Positions 9,769-19,048 of a DNA stretch of 54,778 bases are shown piece by piece. A model generated the notes under the pieces. It ran no database searches, was not told where the DNA came from, and worked only from the letters and a program-made list of their open reading frames with translations. The translations under genes were made by a program, and so were the position numbers. The stretch is taken from assembly GCA_051382295.1 (NCBI GenBank), contig JBBCAW010000058.1, forward strand, positions 1 through 54,778, read 5' to 3'. Source of the DNA: Bdellovibrionota bacterium FG-1. GTDB taxonomy: Bacteria; Bdellovibrionota; UBA1018. Each line of letters opens with the position of its first letter. The stretch's first letter is position 1.

Positions 9769-11226
9769 ATGGGCCGAAAAATCACGATTGATCCGGTTAC
9801 GCGGGTCGAGGGACATGGCAAAGTCACCATTCAAATTGACGATGATGATAAAGTGATTGATTCGCGTTTACACATTGTCGAATTTCGCGGATTTGAGCGA
9901 TTTGTTCAAGGCCGTCCCTATTGGGAGGCCATCGTATTGGTGCAGCGACTTTGTGGAATTTGTCCGGTAAGTCATCATCTTTGCGCCGCTAAAGCCATGG
10001 ACGTGGTTATCGGCGTACCCCCGGATCAGCTGACCGCCACCGCCGAAAAAATGCGACGGTTGATGCATTACGGGCAATTTTTTCAGTCTCACGTTCTACA
10101 CTTCTTTCACCTTGCCTCACCGGACTTGCTTTTTGGGATGAACTCGGACCCCGCCGAGCGAAACATCATCGGTGTGATTCAATATTTTCCAGATATCGCA
10201 AAAAAAGCGGTGCTGATGCGAAAATTCGGTCAGGAGATCATTCAAGCCACCGCCGGTAAGAAAATCCATGGCACGGGTGCGATTCCAGGCGGCATCAACA
10301 AGCATCTGACCCAGGCCGAGCGAGAGCATTTTGTTCACGGTACTGGCGAGTTCAATGCTGACCTCATGGTGGAATGGGCCCAAGAAGGGCTAGATTTATT
10401 CAAAAATTATCACAAAAAGAATCAAGCGCTTATTGATGGGTTTGCGGATTTTTCATCTAACTACATGAGCCTTGTTAGAAAAGATGGAGCTCTGGATCTT
10501 TATCATGGAAACCTGCGTGCCGTGGATCAGGACGGTCATAAAATCTTTGACCAAGTGGATTATCAAAACTATCGCGACTATCTCTCCGAGGAAGTCCGTA
10601 GTTGGAGCTATATGAAGTTCCCCTTCATTAAATCTCTCGGAAAGGAGAAAGGCTGGTATCGGGTAGGGCCCCTTGCGCGGCTGAATACCGTCGATTTTAT
10701 TCCCACCCCGCTCGCCCAAAAAGAGTTTGAGCGGTACAAAGCTTATACGCAGGGCAAGCCCAACGGAAAATCGATGCACATGCATTGGGCTCGTTTGATT
10801 GAGACTTTGCACGCGGCCGAGCAGATTCGCGAGCTTTTGAAGGACCCTGATTTGTATAGTGGCCCCTTGACCAAAACCGGAACTCGCACGGGCGAAGGGG
10901 TGGGGTTGATTGAGGCTCCGCGAGGCACCTTATTTCATCATTACGGTGTCGATGAAAACGACCTGATCACGATGTGTAATCTCATCGTCTCAACGACGAG
11001 CAATAACGAGGGCATGAATCGCGCAGTGAGGTGGGTTGCTGATCATGTGATTAGCGGAAATCGGGAAGTTTCCGAGGGAATGCTCAATCAAGTCGAAGTT
11101 GCTATTCGGGCCTACGATCCTTGTTTGAGTTGCGCTACCCATGCGATGGGTAAAATGCCTTTGGTGGTAACTTTGCTCGACAAGAACGGAACCGTTTTAA
11201 GTGAGGCCATGCGTCGTGACTCCTAA
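9769..11226 (+). CDS. hoxH: [NiFe]-hydrogenase large subunit, group 3d
   Basis: TRVEGHG, L1 RLCGICPVSHH, EAPRG, L2 DPCLSCATH followed by a C-terminal extension; ATG at 9769 preferred. Confidence 0.95.
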   Translation: MGRKITIDPVTRVEGHGKVTIQIDDDDKVIDSRLHIVEFRGFERFVQGRPYWEAIVLVQRLCGICPVSHHLCAAKAMDVVIGVPPDQLTATAEKMRRLMHYGQFFQSHVLHFFHLASPDLLFGMNSDPAERNIIGVIQYFPDIAKKAVLMRKFGQEIIQATAGKKIHGTGAIPGGINKHLTQAEREHFVHGTGEFNADLMVEWAQEGLDLFKNYHKKNQALIDGFADFSSNYMSLVRKDGALDLYHGNLRAVDQDGHKIFDQVDYQNYRDYLSEEVRSWSYMKFPFIKSLGKEKGWYRVGPLARLNTVDFIPTPLAQKEFERYKAYTQGKPNGKSMHMHWARLIETLHAAEQIRELLKDPDLYSGPLTKTGTRTGEGVGLIEAPRGTLFHHYGVDENDLITMCNLIVSTTSNNEGMNRAVRWVADHVISGNREVSEGMLNQVEVAIRAYDPCLSCATHAMGKMPLVVTLLDKNGTVLSEAMRRDS

Positions 11227-11731
11227 GACGTTGATTTACGGAATTGGAAATCTGGCACGGCAGGATGACGGCTTGGGGATTCGCCTGGTTGAGATGCTCG
11301 AGGCCGCAGGTCCGCCCAAAGGGATGAGCCTTGAGTCCAACTATCAACTCAATGCTGAAGACGCGCTATTGATCGCCCAATATGACGTCGTGATCTTTGT
11401 GGATGCCGCCACCGGGCAAGACGGCGAGGCCGCGTTTGGAATAAAAAAGGTGAATCCTACATCTGAAATTACTTTTTCCACCCATGCGATGAGTTTTGGG
11501 TCAGTGCTCGCACTCTGTGAGCGAATGTGCCCCAAAACACCGACTGCTTATTTACTGACGATGCCAGGCTACGAATGGGGCTTTGGCGAGGAGTTAACAC
11601 CCGGCGCTCAGACCCATTTAGAAAGCGCCTTTCGCTATCTGATGTCTAACCCCGAGCCATCGGTGCGGTCGTCACAAACTGCAGAGTCTTGTAATTGTCC
11701 TGGGCCCAGCGCAAAGCCCAGTCTGATTTGA
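11216..11731 (+). CDS. hoxW: Hydrogenase maturation endopeptidase
   Basis: IYGIGN.AR.DDG.G, VIFVDA, STH; GTG start inferred; 3' end overlaps prfC. Confidence 0.85.
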   Translation: MTPKTLIYGIGNLARQDDGLGIRLVEMLEAAGPPKGMSLESNYQLNAEDALLIAQYDVVIFVDAATGQDGEAAFGIKKVNPTSEITFSTHAMSFGSVLALCERMCPKTPTAYLLTMPGYEWGFGEELTPGAQTHLESAFRYLMSNPEPSVRSSQTAESCNCPGPSAKPSLI

Positions 11732-13304
11732 ACAAAATCACGGGTTGTCCATCGCGGTCCTCAAGGCAGCGTGAGTCTTCGCGTCGCTCAAAGAAGTCGG
11801 GGTCGAGCCCCGTGCCCACCACCCAGCGTGCATGGATAAAGGGCATCCGTTCGATCTTGGTGTCCACGCCATATTCAGCCCTGAGTCGGTGTTGGAGCAC
11901 TTCGAATTGCAGTCCTCCGACTGCGCCTAAAATAGGGTCTTTATCGCCCATGCCACGTTGGCGGTAAATTTGGACGACGCCTTCTTCCGCGAGCTGCTCA
12001 AGTCCCTTGGAGAGTTGTTTGCGCTTCATCGGATCTTTGATGACGACCGCCGCAAAATGCTCAGGCGAGAATCGAGGAACGCCTTCGTATTCGAAGCGGG
12101 TCCCCTCGCAAAGGGTGTCGCCAATTCGGAGTTCACCGCTCGTATCGAGCATGCCTACGATATCTCCTGGCCAGGCTTGTTCGATTACGACGCGTTCTTG
12201 GGCAAAAAACTGTAGGGGTTTGGAAAGTCTGACGGTCTTATTCAGTCGCGCGTGTTTGACATCCATATTGCGAGTAAATTTGCCCGAACAAACTCGCATA
12301 AATGCGACCCGATCTCGGTGAGAGGGGTCCATATTCGCCTGAATTTTAAAAACAAAACCGGAAAAGCGCGGATCGGTCGGGCTCACCGTACCCGTGTTGG
12401 TTTTGCGTGGCGCAGGGGTCGGGGCAATTTCAATAAAACGTTCTAAAAATCGTTGTACCCCGAAGTTATTCATGGCACTGCCAAAAAATACGGGCGTCAG
12501 TTGTCCTGCGAGCACTCGGTCTAAGTCAAAGTCATCGCCTGCTAGATCGACCAGTTCCAGCTCAGTTTTGAACTGATTCAGAATTTCCTCAGCCTCATAG
12601 GTGTCTTCTCGTGGGCCGCCACAAATGCGCTTGAATTCTGGATCATCCGTTCCGGTGATTTTCTTAGGCGCCAGGCGACCTTTGACGTTGGCTTCCCCTT
12701 CGGTTTGAAAAAGCAGAACCTCATTTTCGCGGCGATCATAAACTCCGCGAAAGCGATCGCCGGTGCCGACTGGCCAGGTCATGGGACAAGAACGAATGCC
12801 GAGCACTTTTTCAAGTTCATCCAGAAGGTCGAGAGGCTCACGGCTTGGGCGGTCCAGCTTGTTCATGAAGGTAAAAATCGGAATGCCGCGCATGCGGCAG
12901 ACTTCAAAGAGTTTGCGGGTCTGTGGCTCGACGCCTTTGGCAGCATCGATCAACATCACGGCAGCATCGGCGGCGGTTAGCGTACGGTAAGTGTCTTCCG
13001 AGAAGTCTTTATGACCTGGCGTGTCTAAGAGGTTGATCTGATTTCCGCCATATTCGAATTGAAGAACGCTAGAACTGATCGAAATTCCCCGTTGTTTTTC
13101 GATTTCCATCCAATCCGAAGTCGTATTTCGTTGGTTAGCCTTGGCACGCACTGCACCGGCCAGATGAATGGCTCCACCATAGAGGAGCAGCTTTTCGGTG
13201 AGCGTGGTCTTGCCGGCGTCGGGATGCGAGATAATCGCAAAGGTGCGGCGGCGCGAAACCTCTTTTTGGAGGAGAGGGAGTTCGGATGGATCAACGGGGG
13301 TCAT
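11646..13304 (-). CDS. prfC: Peptide chain release factor 3
   Basis: RRTFAIISHPDAGKTTLTEKLL, DTPGH.DFSEDTYR, NKLDR, FKIQANMDP.HRDR. Confidence 0.98.
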   Translation of the reverse strand: MTPVDPSELPLLQKEVSRRRTFAIISHPDAGKTTLTEKLLLYGGAIHLAGAVRAKANQRNTTSDWMEIEKQRGISISSSVLQFEYGGNQINLLDTPGHKDFSEDTYRTLTAADAAVMLIDAAKGVEPQTRKLFEVCRMRGIPIFTFMNKLDRPSREPLDLLDELEKVLGIRSCPMTWPVGTGDRFRGVYDRRENEVLLFQTEGEANVKGRLAPKKITGTDDPEFKRICGGPREDTYEAEEILNQFKTELELVDLAGDDFDLDRVLAGQLTPVFFGSAMNNFGVQRFLERFIEIAPTPAPRKTNTGTVSPTDPRFSGFVFKIQANMDPSHRDRVAFMRVCSGKFTRNMDVKHARLNKTVRLSKPLQFFAQERVVIEQAWPGDIVGMLDTSGELRIGDTLCEGTRFEYEGVPRFSPEHFAAVVIKDPMKRKQLSKGLEQLAEEGVVQIYRQRGMGDKDPILGAVGGLQFEVLQHRLRAEYGVDTKIERMPFIHARWVVGTGLDPDFFERREDSRCLEDRDGQPVILFKSDWALRWAQDNYKTLQFVTTAPMARG

Positions 13305-13460
13305 AGGGGTTTGTTATGTGCACTAAAATGGTCTCATTTACCACGGGATTTTCTGTGTCCCGGCAGACCTAGGGCTTTCGTGGCAATTGTTAATCGGCTC
13401 ACCTTCTTAGGTTACTTGACCGAAATGGTTTATAAGCGCAGGAAAGGGAATTGTGCATCA

Positions 13461-13910
13461 ATGAAAGCAGCCACCATTGCTTTAGTTGTCCGCTATCCCC
13501 GGGGTCAGACCCCGGAACTCTTAGATGTCCTTTCGGATGACCGCGAGATCTCTGTCCTTGAATCGGAAGTCGGGGCCGGCGATGCCGATCCTCTCCAAAA
13601 GGTCTATGAATACCGAACTCATCAGGCTCAGGAAGATAATGAATTCGGTGATTACGTTGAGGATTTGCTTTCTCAACCTTGTGTAAAGCCCGAAATCCAA
13701 CAACATGGCGTTCAATGGCTAAAATCCAAGATTCGCATTGAACAGTTTCAAAAAAACGAGGCCGAGGCCGCTAAGATTATTGCGGAATACGCCTTGAAAG
13801 TCTTTGCTGCGGATCAGAAGCGGATCGACTTTATGTTGGCGGGGCCTAAGGCGCAAGTGAGAGTGCGTATTTTTGTGATAGCGCAAGCAGTTATGTCCAA
13901 CGCTGCTTAG
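13461..13910 (+). CDS. Hypothetical protein (149 aa)
   Basis: Start moved to ATG 13461 (MKAATIALVVRY); the longer track ORF overlaps prfC on the opposite strand. Confidence 0.7.
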   Translation: MKAATIALVVRYPRGQTPELLDVLSDDREISVLESEVGAGDADPLQKVYEYRTHQAQEDNEFGDYVEDLLSQPCVKPEIQQHGVQWLKSKIRIEQFQKNEAEAAKIIAEYALKVFAADQKRIDFMLAGPKAQVRVRIFVIAQAVMSNAA

Positions 13911-14022
13911 AATTTTTTAATTCTGGTCAGTTCCGCAAATTCGACATTGATAAGTGTGTCTTCCCGGGGTATCAGCGCAAGCGCGTTACCTTTTTCCTTA
14001 TTTTAGGGCGGGAGACAAACAG

Positions 14023-14616
14023 ATGCGATTGAGTTTGGGCCTCATCGGGCTTTTAGGGTTCCTCAATGCCAATGCCGTCTTTGCAACGGATGCGATTCCG
14101 GTTTGTCCGGCTTTCAGTTTGCGGAATCAAAACGGGGGAAATCCCGGCGATCTCCCGATCAATAATGCGGATGTTTTGAAGTGGAAGCAGGCCACTCAAA
14201 ACCAGTTCCATGCCCGCGGCCATGTGCAGGGCAATATTGTCAAAGTCTATCCGGATCGGAACGGCCATGATCATTTCGCGATCAAAATTGGCCCGAACGA
14301 TGCTGACACCGTTGAGATCATTTATAATCAGGATTTCGGTACGGCCCCGGATACCCATTCCGGCGTTCCGGTAGAAGCTTGTGGGGATTATATTACCTCC
14401 ACAGCGCCGTCTCCGGGGCCTAATGGTCAAGTCTATCCAGCCTCCCCAGATGGCGCTTTGGTGCACTGGGTACATCTGGCTCCTCCCAGAAGCGGTCATC
14501 ATTCGGGTTTTTTGATGATTGGCGGAATTCTGGTCGGGCAAGGAAAATCTAAGCCCGGTCAGAAACCACGGAAAGATCATGTTAACTTATCCGGATTTAG
14601 TTACTACAGCCGATAA
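14023..14616 (+). CDS. DUF3465-like exported OB-fold protein
   Basis: Signal peptide; G.IVKV.PD..GH.HF, G.Y, VHWVH...SGH.SG pattern; GGAG SD. Confidence 0.75.
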   Translation: MRLSLGLIGLLGFLNANAVFATDAIPVCPAFSLRNQNGGNPGDLPINNADVLKWKQATQNQFHARGHVQGNIVKVYPDRNGHDHFAIKIGPNDADTVEIIYNQDFGTAPDTHSGVPVEACGDYITSTAPSPGPNGQVYPASPDGALVHWVHLAPPRSGHHSGFLMIGGILVGQGKSKPGQKPRKDHVNLSGFSYYSR

Positions 14617-15802
14617 AATTCTCGAAATTGCGGAAAAGCTGAAAACTCGGGATGTGATTGCTTTTGATACGGAGTTTATCCGTGAGAGTACATTTTTTCC
14701 TATTGTTGAAATCATTCAAATCGCCACCGAAGAAGCATCCTGGTTGATCGATGCTCAGGCTTTCAAAAAAGGCTTTCGGCCTGGCCCGCGCGGTGGTTAC
14801 AATCCGGCCATTCAACCGCTCCTCGATGTTTTTATGGACGGATCCATTCTGAAGATTCTCCATGCCGCACAGGGAGACCAAGAGTGCCTATACACCAGTT
14901 TTGGCGTAACGGCGGTGAACTCGTTGGACACCGCGGTGGCGGCATCCTTGTGTGGGATGGGCGATGGAATCGGCCTCGGGAAATTGCTTAAAAACGTTTT
15001 GGACGTTGAAATCAAAAAAGGCCATGCTCGCACCAATTGGTCGGTGAGGCCGCTTCCGGAGCAACTCATTGAGTACGCCCATGCGGATGTGGTGCATCTG
15101 GTTCGCTTGGGGCGCACTTTACTCGAGGAGCTTGAAAAATTGGGTCGAAGGCCCTGGGCGCTGGAACTTTCGTCCAAATGGGAAGACCCAAAATGTTTTG
15201 AGTCCGACATTGAAGCGATGGTGAATAAGCTCGCTCGAGGCGGGCGGCTGGACAAGAAGGGTTATCCGGCTCTTTATGAGTTGATGAAATGGCGGGAAGA
15301 ACGCGTCAAGCAGCTCAATTTGCCCCGGCGCTGGGTAGCCGATGATGCTGTATTAATGGATCTTGCCCATGTGAGACCCAAGGATTTGGCGCATTTAAGT
15401 GCTTTTCGAGGATTGAACAAGGGTGAGCTCAAAAATAGTGGTGAAGCCATCCTCTTGGCGCTCAAGCGGGGGTCTGAAGGCAACGAAGTGGACATACCGA
15501 GGCAGCCGCGGCCGGAGATCCCCTCCTTTGAAGAAGCCCAGGTTTTGGACGTGCTCCGCTGCTATGTCGGAATTTTAGCGGACCAACACAAAATTGCGTC
15601 CAAACATTTGATGACGTCTCCCCAGCTTTTGCCGCTTTTGCGAAATCGTCCACAAAATCGGGAAGATTTAGTAAAAGCCGGAATTTTGGGCGAAGATGCA
15701 AGCGCCTTGATTGGTGATGAAATCGTCGCGATGCTTCAGGGAAAACGTGCCCTCGCGATTCGCGGTGCGCAAATTCGAATTTTGGAGACCTCGAGTGACT
15801 GA
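14579..15802 (+). CDS. rnd: Ribonuclease D
   Basis: AFDTEFIRE ExoI motif, HAA.GD, NWSVRPL..QLIEYA.AD, HRDC region WRE...NLP. Confidence 0.92.
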   Translation: MLTYPDLVTTADKILEIAEKLKTRDVIAFDTEFIRESTFFPIVEIIQIATEEASWLIDAQAFKKGFRPGPRGGYNPAIQPLLDVFMDGSILKILHAAQGDQECLYTSFGVTAVNSLDTAVAASLCGMGDGIGLGKLLKNVLDVEIKKGHARTNWSVRPLPEQLIEYAHADVVHLVRLGRTLLEELEKLGRRPWALELSSKWEDPKCFESDIEAMVNKLARGGRLDKKGYPALYELMKWREERVKQLNLPRRWVADDAVLMDLAHVRPKDLAHLSAFRGLNKGELKNSGEAILLALKRGSEGNEVDIPRQPRPEIPSFEEAQVLDVLRCYVGILADQHKIASKHLMTSPQLLPLLRNRPQNREDLVKAGILGEDASALIGDEIVAMLQGKRALAIRGAQIRILETSSD

Positions 15803-17108
15803 AAACAGTGGAACCGCTGTGCGTCCCCTTTATTCTCGTGAATTCAAACGTCGGCGTGCGATGAATTGGCTGACGCTGGGTTTCACTTATTCGGCCATGT
15901 ATATGGGCCGCTATAATCTGTCATTTGCCAATAAGTCCCTTTCTGAAAAGTATCATTGGGATAAAACCCAAATCGGCACCATTATTAGCTCTGGGCTTTT
16001 AATCTACGGCCTTTCGGCCATGTTCAACGGGCCGATTGCCGATCGGATCGGTGGTCGGCGCTCCATGTTGGTGGGGGCGGCTGGGGCTGTGGTTTTTAAT
16101 CTTCTTTTTGGCTTGGGTGCCTATTTTGGTTTTCTCGGAACGGGTGCTTTGCTCTTGAGTTATTTTTCGTCCATCTGGGCGATGAACTCCTTTTTTCAAT
16201 CTTACAGCGCGCTTTCCCTGATTAAGGTGAATGCAGGTTGGTTTCACATCTCCGAACGCGGGGTGTTTTCAGCAATTTTCGGCTCGATGATTCAACTGGG
16301 TCGAACGCTGATTTTTGTGATTTGTCCGATCATTCTCGCCTTCGGGCCTTGGCAGTGGGTATTCTTTGTTCCAGCAGCGGTGATCGCCTTGATGGCGATC
16401 CTGACCTATCGAAACGTTCGCAATGGTCCAGAGGAATGTGGATTGCCGTCCTTGGACGTTCAGGATGCTTCGAGTGGCGATACCGAGACGGTCAATCTCA
16501 AGTATGTTCTCAAAAAAGTGCTGACCAATCCCATTACGCTCACTATTGCGGTCGCTGAATTTTGTACCGGTTTTGTGCGACACGGGTTTGAACAGTGGTT
16601 TCCTCGCTACATGATTGAGGCGCAAAAGCTCCCGCTCGATTCTATTATATTCCAAAGGGGAGCTTTTGCCGTCGTATTGGCGGGAATTGCGGGGGCTTTT
16701 GCCGCCGGCACGCTTTCAGATTGGGTCTTCAAAGGGCGTCGCACTCCCGTCGCCTTTTTGGGTTATTTTGGGCAAATCATTTGTCTAGCCATTATTTGGA
16801 AAGCCCCCGGGCTGAATTGGATCATCGGCGCCTTTGTGGTGAATTCATTTTCGATCAGTATTGTCCATTCTATGTTGTCTGGGACGGCGTCGATGGATTT
16901 TGGTGGTAAAAAGGCGGCAGCTACCGCTGCGGGCCTGTTCGACGGGATGCAATACGTGGGTGGGTCCTTTGTGGGCATCGGAGTGGGCTGGTTGCTCGAT
17001 CGTTTTGGTTGGGGTGCTTGGGGACCCAGTATGATCGGCTTTTCATTCATAGGCGCGATTTTGATGTTAACCTTGTGGAATGCTCGTCCAAAAACCCAAG
17101 CGCACTGA
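15795..17108 (+). CDS. MFS transporter, GlpT/UhpC (organophosphate:Pi antiporter) family-like
   Basis: Y.GRYN.S, G..ADRIGGR, WF..SERG, G.LSDW.F.GRR.P; about 12 TM; GTG start inferred. Confidence 0.85.
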   Translation: MTENSGTAVRPLYSREFKRRRAMNWLTLGFTYSAMYMGRYNLSFANKSLSEKYHWDKTQIGTIISSGLLIYGLSAMFNGPIADRIGGRRSMLVGAAGAVVFNLLFGLGAYFGFLGTGALLLSYFSSIWAMNSFFQSYSALSLIKVNAGWFHISERGVFSAIFGSMIQLGRTLIFVICPIILAFGPWQWVFFVPAAVIALMAILTYRNVRNGPEECGLPSLDVQDASSGDTETVNLKYVLKKVLTNPITLTIAVAEFCTGFVRHGFEQWFPRYMIEAQKLPLDSIIFQRGAFAVVLAGIAGAFAAGTLSDWVFKGRRTPVAFLGYFGQIICLAIIWKAPGLNWIIGAFVVNSFSISIVHSMLSGTASMDFGGKKAAATAAGLFDGMQYVGGSFVGIGVGWLLDRFGWGAWGPSMIGFSFIGAILMLTLWNARPKTQAH

Positions 17109-17148
17109 TATTTTAGGATCAACTGCCGGCCTGTGGCAGTGGGCACGT

Positions 17149-18039
17149 TTACCTTAGCCACGTCGGCGGAAATTGATCTTCGGGGAAGATTCCGTAAAGC
17201 TCGCTCCTCGGGGGAGGCAGCGGGCTTTTGATCCCATCGTCGAGCGTATTCAGGTATTGAATGATCGCTAAGTCGTATTTTTTCAAACGGCCCAGATACT
17301 CCGGGGTGGGCTTTGTCGCAGGTTTATATACCCGGTCATGATTCCAGTAAGCCCAGAAGGCGGTCCTTCTCGACATGACCTGAACTTCGACCACATTCCC
17401 CTTTGGGGTCCGGAGGGCGAGGTGGCGCGCCCGGTAGCCTCGGTCGTAATTCTTGGTCTCGTCGAGCAGGACGGTGACACCGTCCATTTTTTTGACCGCC
17501 TCCGCCACTCTGGCGATCTGGGCTTTGTCCGAAGTAGTAAAGCGGGCTCCTGCTGCGTCATCCAGGTCCGAGAGTCGAAAGCCGAATCCCTTCTCCCGAA
17601 CTCGCTCGAAGATCTTGGTTTTGAGGCTGTCCACGGTCTTGAGTCGAGCAGCGAATTCGGTGGAAGGTTCCGTGGCTTTTACCTGTCTGAATCCTTCTGC
17701 AAGTTCATCAAAGGCATTTCGTCCCTGCAGGATCAACGCATCGAGATTGATCGGCTTTTGAATTTTGGCTGCCAGGAGCTGTGCCTCTGGCAGCTTTGCG
17801 GTTTTCTGAATCATAAAAGTACCATCGGATTGGGGTAGTAGAACTTCAAACCCGCCCTCCGGGGCTTCCCGGACGTGCTGATTGCCGACTTTGTCGAGTC
17901 GGGAAGCGATCGATGGGGGCTCAGAATTCCGTAGTTTTTCGAGGATTGAAAGGACACAGCCTTCGCCCGAAAAGGCCAGGGAAGGGGAGGTCATCCCGAG
18001 GAGGAAGAAAGCTGTGACTACACCCAGGTTAACTTTCAC
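17149..18039 (-). CDS. Signal-peptide-bearing RelA/SpoT synthetase-domain protein (small alarmone synthetase-like)
   Basis: ARLKT.DSL..K, D..G.R, GYRARH, VEVQV, WA.W.HD..YK synthetase motifs; N-terminal MK + hydrophobic stretch + SLA. Confidence 0.8.
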   Translation of the reverse strand: MKVNLGVVTAFFLLGMTSPSLAFSGEGCVLSILEKLRNSEPPSIASRLDKVGNQHVREAPEGGFEVLLPQSDGTFMIQKTAKLPEAQLLAAKIQKPINLDALILQGRNAFDELAEGFRQVKATEPSTEFAARLKTVDSLKTKIFERVREKGFGFRLSDLDDAAGARFTTSDKAQIARVAEAVKKMDGVTVLLDETKNYDRGYRARHLALRTPKGNVVEVQVMSRRTAFWAYWNHDRVYKPATKPTPEYLGRLKKYDLAIIQYLNTLDDGIKSPLPPPRSELYGIFPEDQFPPTWLR

Positions 18040-18139
18040 CTATGTACTGATCGGTGGCGGCCTGCCGAAGCTTGAGTCTTTTACCGGGAGCCCTAAAAAT
18101 TGGTTGCCAGCTTCCCCTGTCTGCTTTAATCGCTTAAGG

Positions 18140-19048
18140 ATGAACTTTTTTGCGCACTTCTGCCGATGGATCATAATTTTGCCTTGTGTGGCCCTGCTCA
18201 ACGGCTGCGCTTCTGTGCCGCGTTCCCAGGGCACTCAGCCCTCAGCTGCGAATTCCGGTACGGGCGAGGTGTTGCCGATTATCGACGCTCATACCCACAC
18301 CGATTTTACGGGTAAACCCGAGCGCAGCAGTGGAATCATCATTACAGAGGAACAGTACTTCAAGGAGTGGAAAGAGGCGGGAGTGGTGGGGGCCATCGCT
18401 CATACGCATGAGGATGGTGGAGGTTACGCCGACCTTCGCTCTCACAATGTGATCAGTTGTGCGGGCACGGGGCCTAAGGTCGATGTCAAACGGATCGAAA
18501 ATGGCCTAAAATCCGGCAAATATGGTTGTATCAAGGTGTATTTGGGATATGTCCATCAGTGGGCTTATGACAAAAATTATGAGCCCGCTTATCGCTTAGC
18601 CGAAAAGTACCATGTGCCGGTGGTTTTTCATACCGGCGACACTTACTCGATCAAGGGTAAGCTCAAGTACTCAGATCCACTGACGATTGACGAGGTAGCG
18701 GTCGATCACCCCAAAGTCACCTTTGTGATCGCCCATTGCGGCAATCCGTGGATCGAGTCAGCGGCCGAAGTCGCCTATAAGAATCCCAATGTCTATTTGG
18801 ACGGCTCGGCGTTTTTGATCGGAGATTTGAATAAAGCGCCTAAAGAAAAAATCGATCAGTATGTCGTGAAGCCGATTTCATGGATCTTTGGTTACCTCGA
18901 AGATCCCACAAAGCTGATGTTTGGCACGGATTGGCCGCTGACGAATATTAAATCGTATGTGGATGCTTTCAAACGAGCGATTCCGCCAGAGCACTGGAAG
19001 GCGGTCTTTCACGACAATGCCGTCCGGGTGTTTAAGCTTCATCCCTAA
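18140..19048 (+). CDS. Amidohydrolase-family (Amidohydro_2) putative lipoprotein
   Basis: Lipobox LNGC; IIDAHTH, FHTG, AHCG.P, MFGTDWP. Confidence 0.88.
   Translation: MNFFAHFCRWIIILPCVALLNGCASVPRSQGTQPSAANSGTGEVLPIIDAHTHTDFTGKPERSSGIIITEEQYFKEWKEAGVVGAIAHTHEDGGGYADLRSHNVISCAGTGPKVDVKRIENGLKSGKYGCIKVYLGYVHQWAYDKNYEPAYRLAEKYHVPVVFHTGDTYSIKGKLKYSDPLTIDEVAVDHPKVTFVIAHCGNPWIESAAEVAYKNPNVYLDGSAFLIGDLNKAPKEKIDQYVVKPISWIFGYLEDPTKLMFGTDWPLTNIKSYVDAFKRAIPPEHWKAVFHDNAVRVFKLHP

Noticed and set aside
13059..13460. N-terminal extension of the 283-aa track ORF; likewise the upstream extensions of the ORFs at 17882, 20984, 21258, 41268 and 48816
   Set aside because: They overlap neighbouring genes or regulatory DNA; family similarity starts at downstream starts
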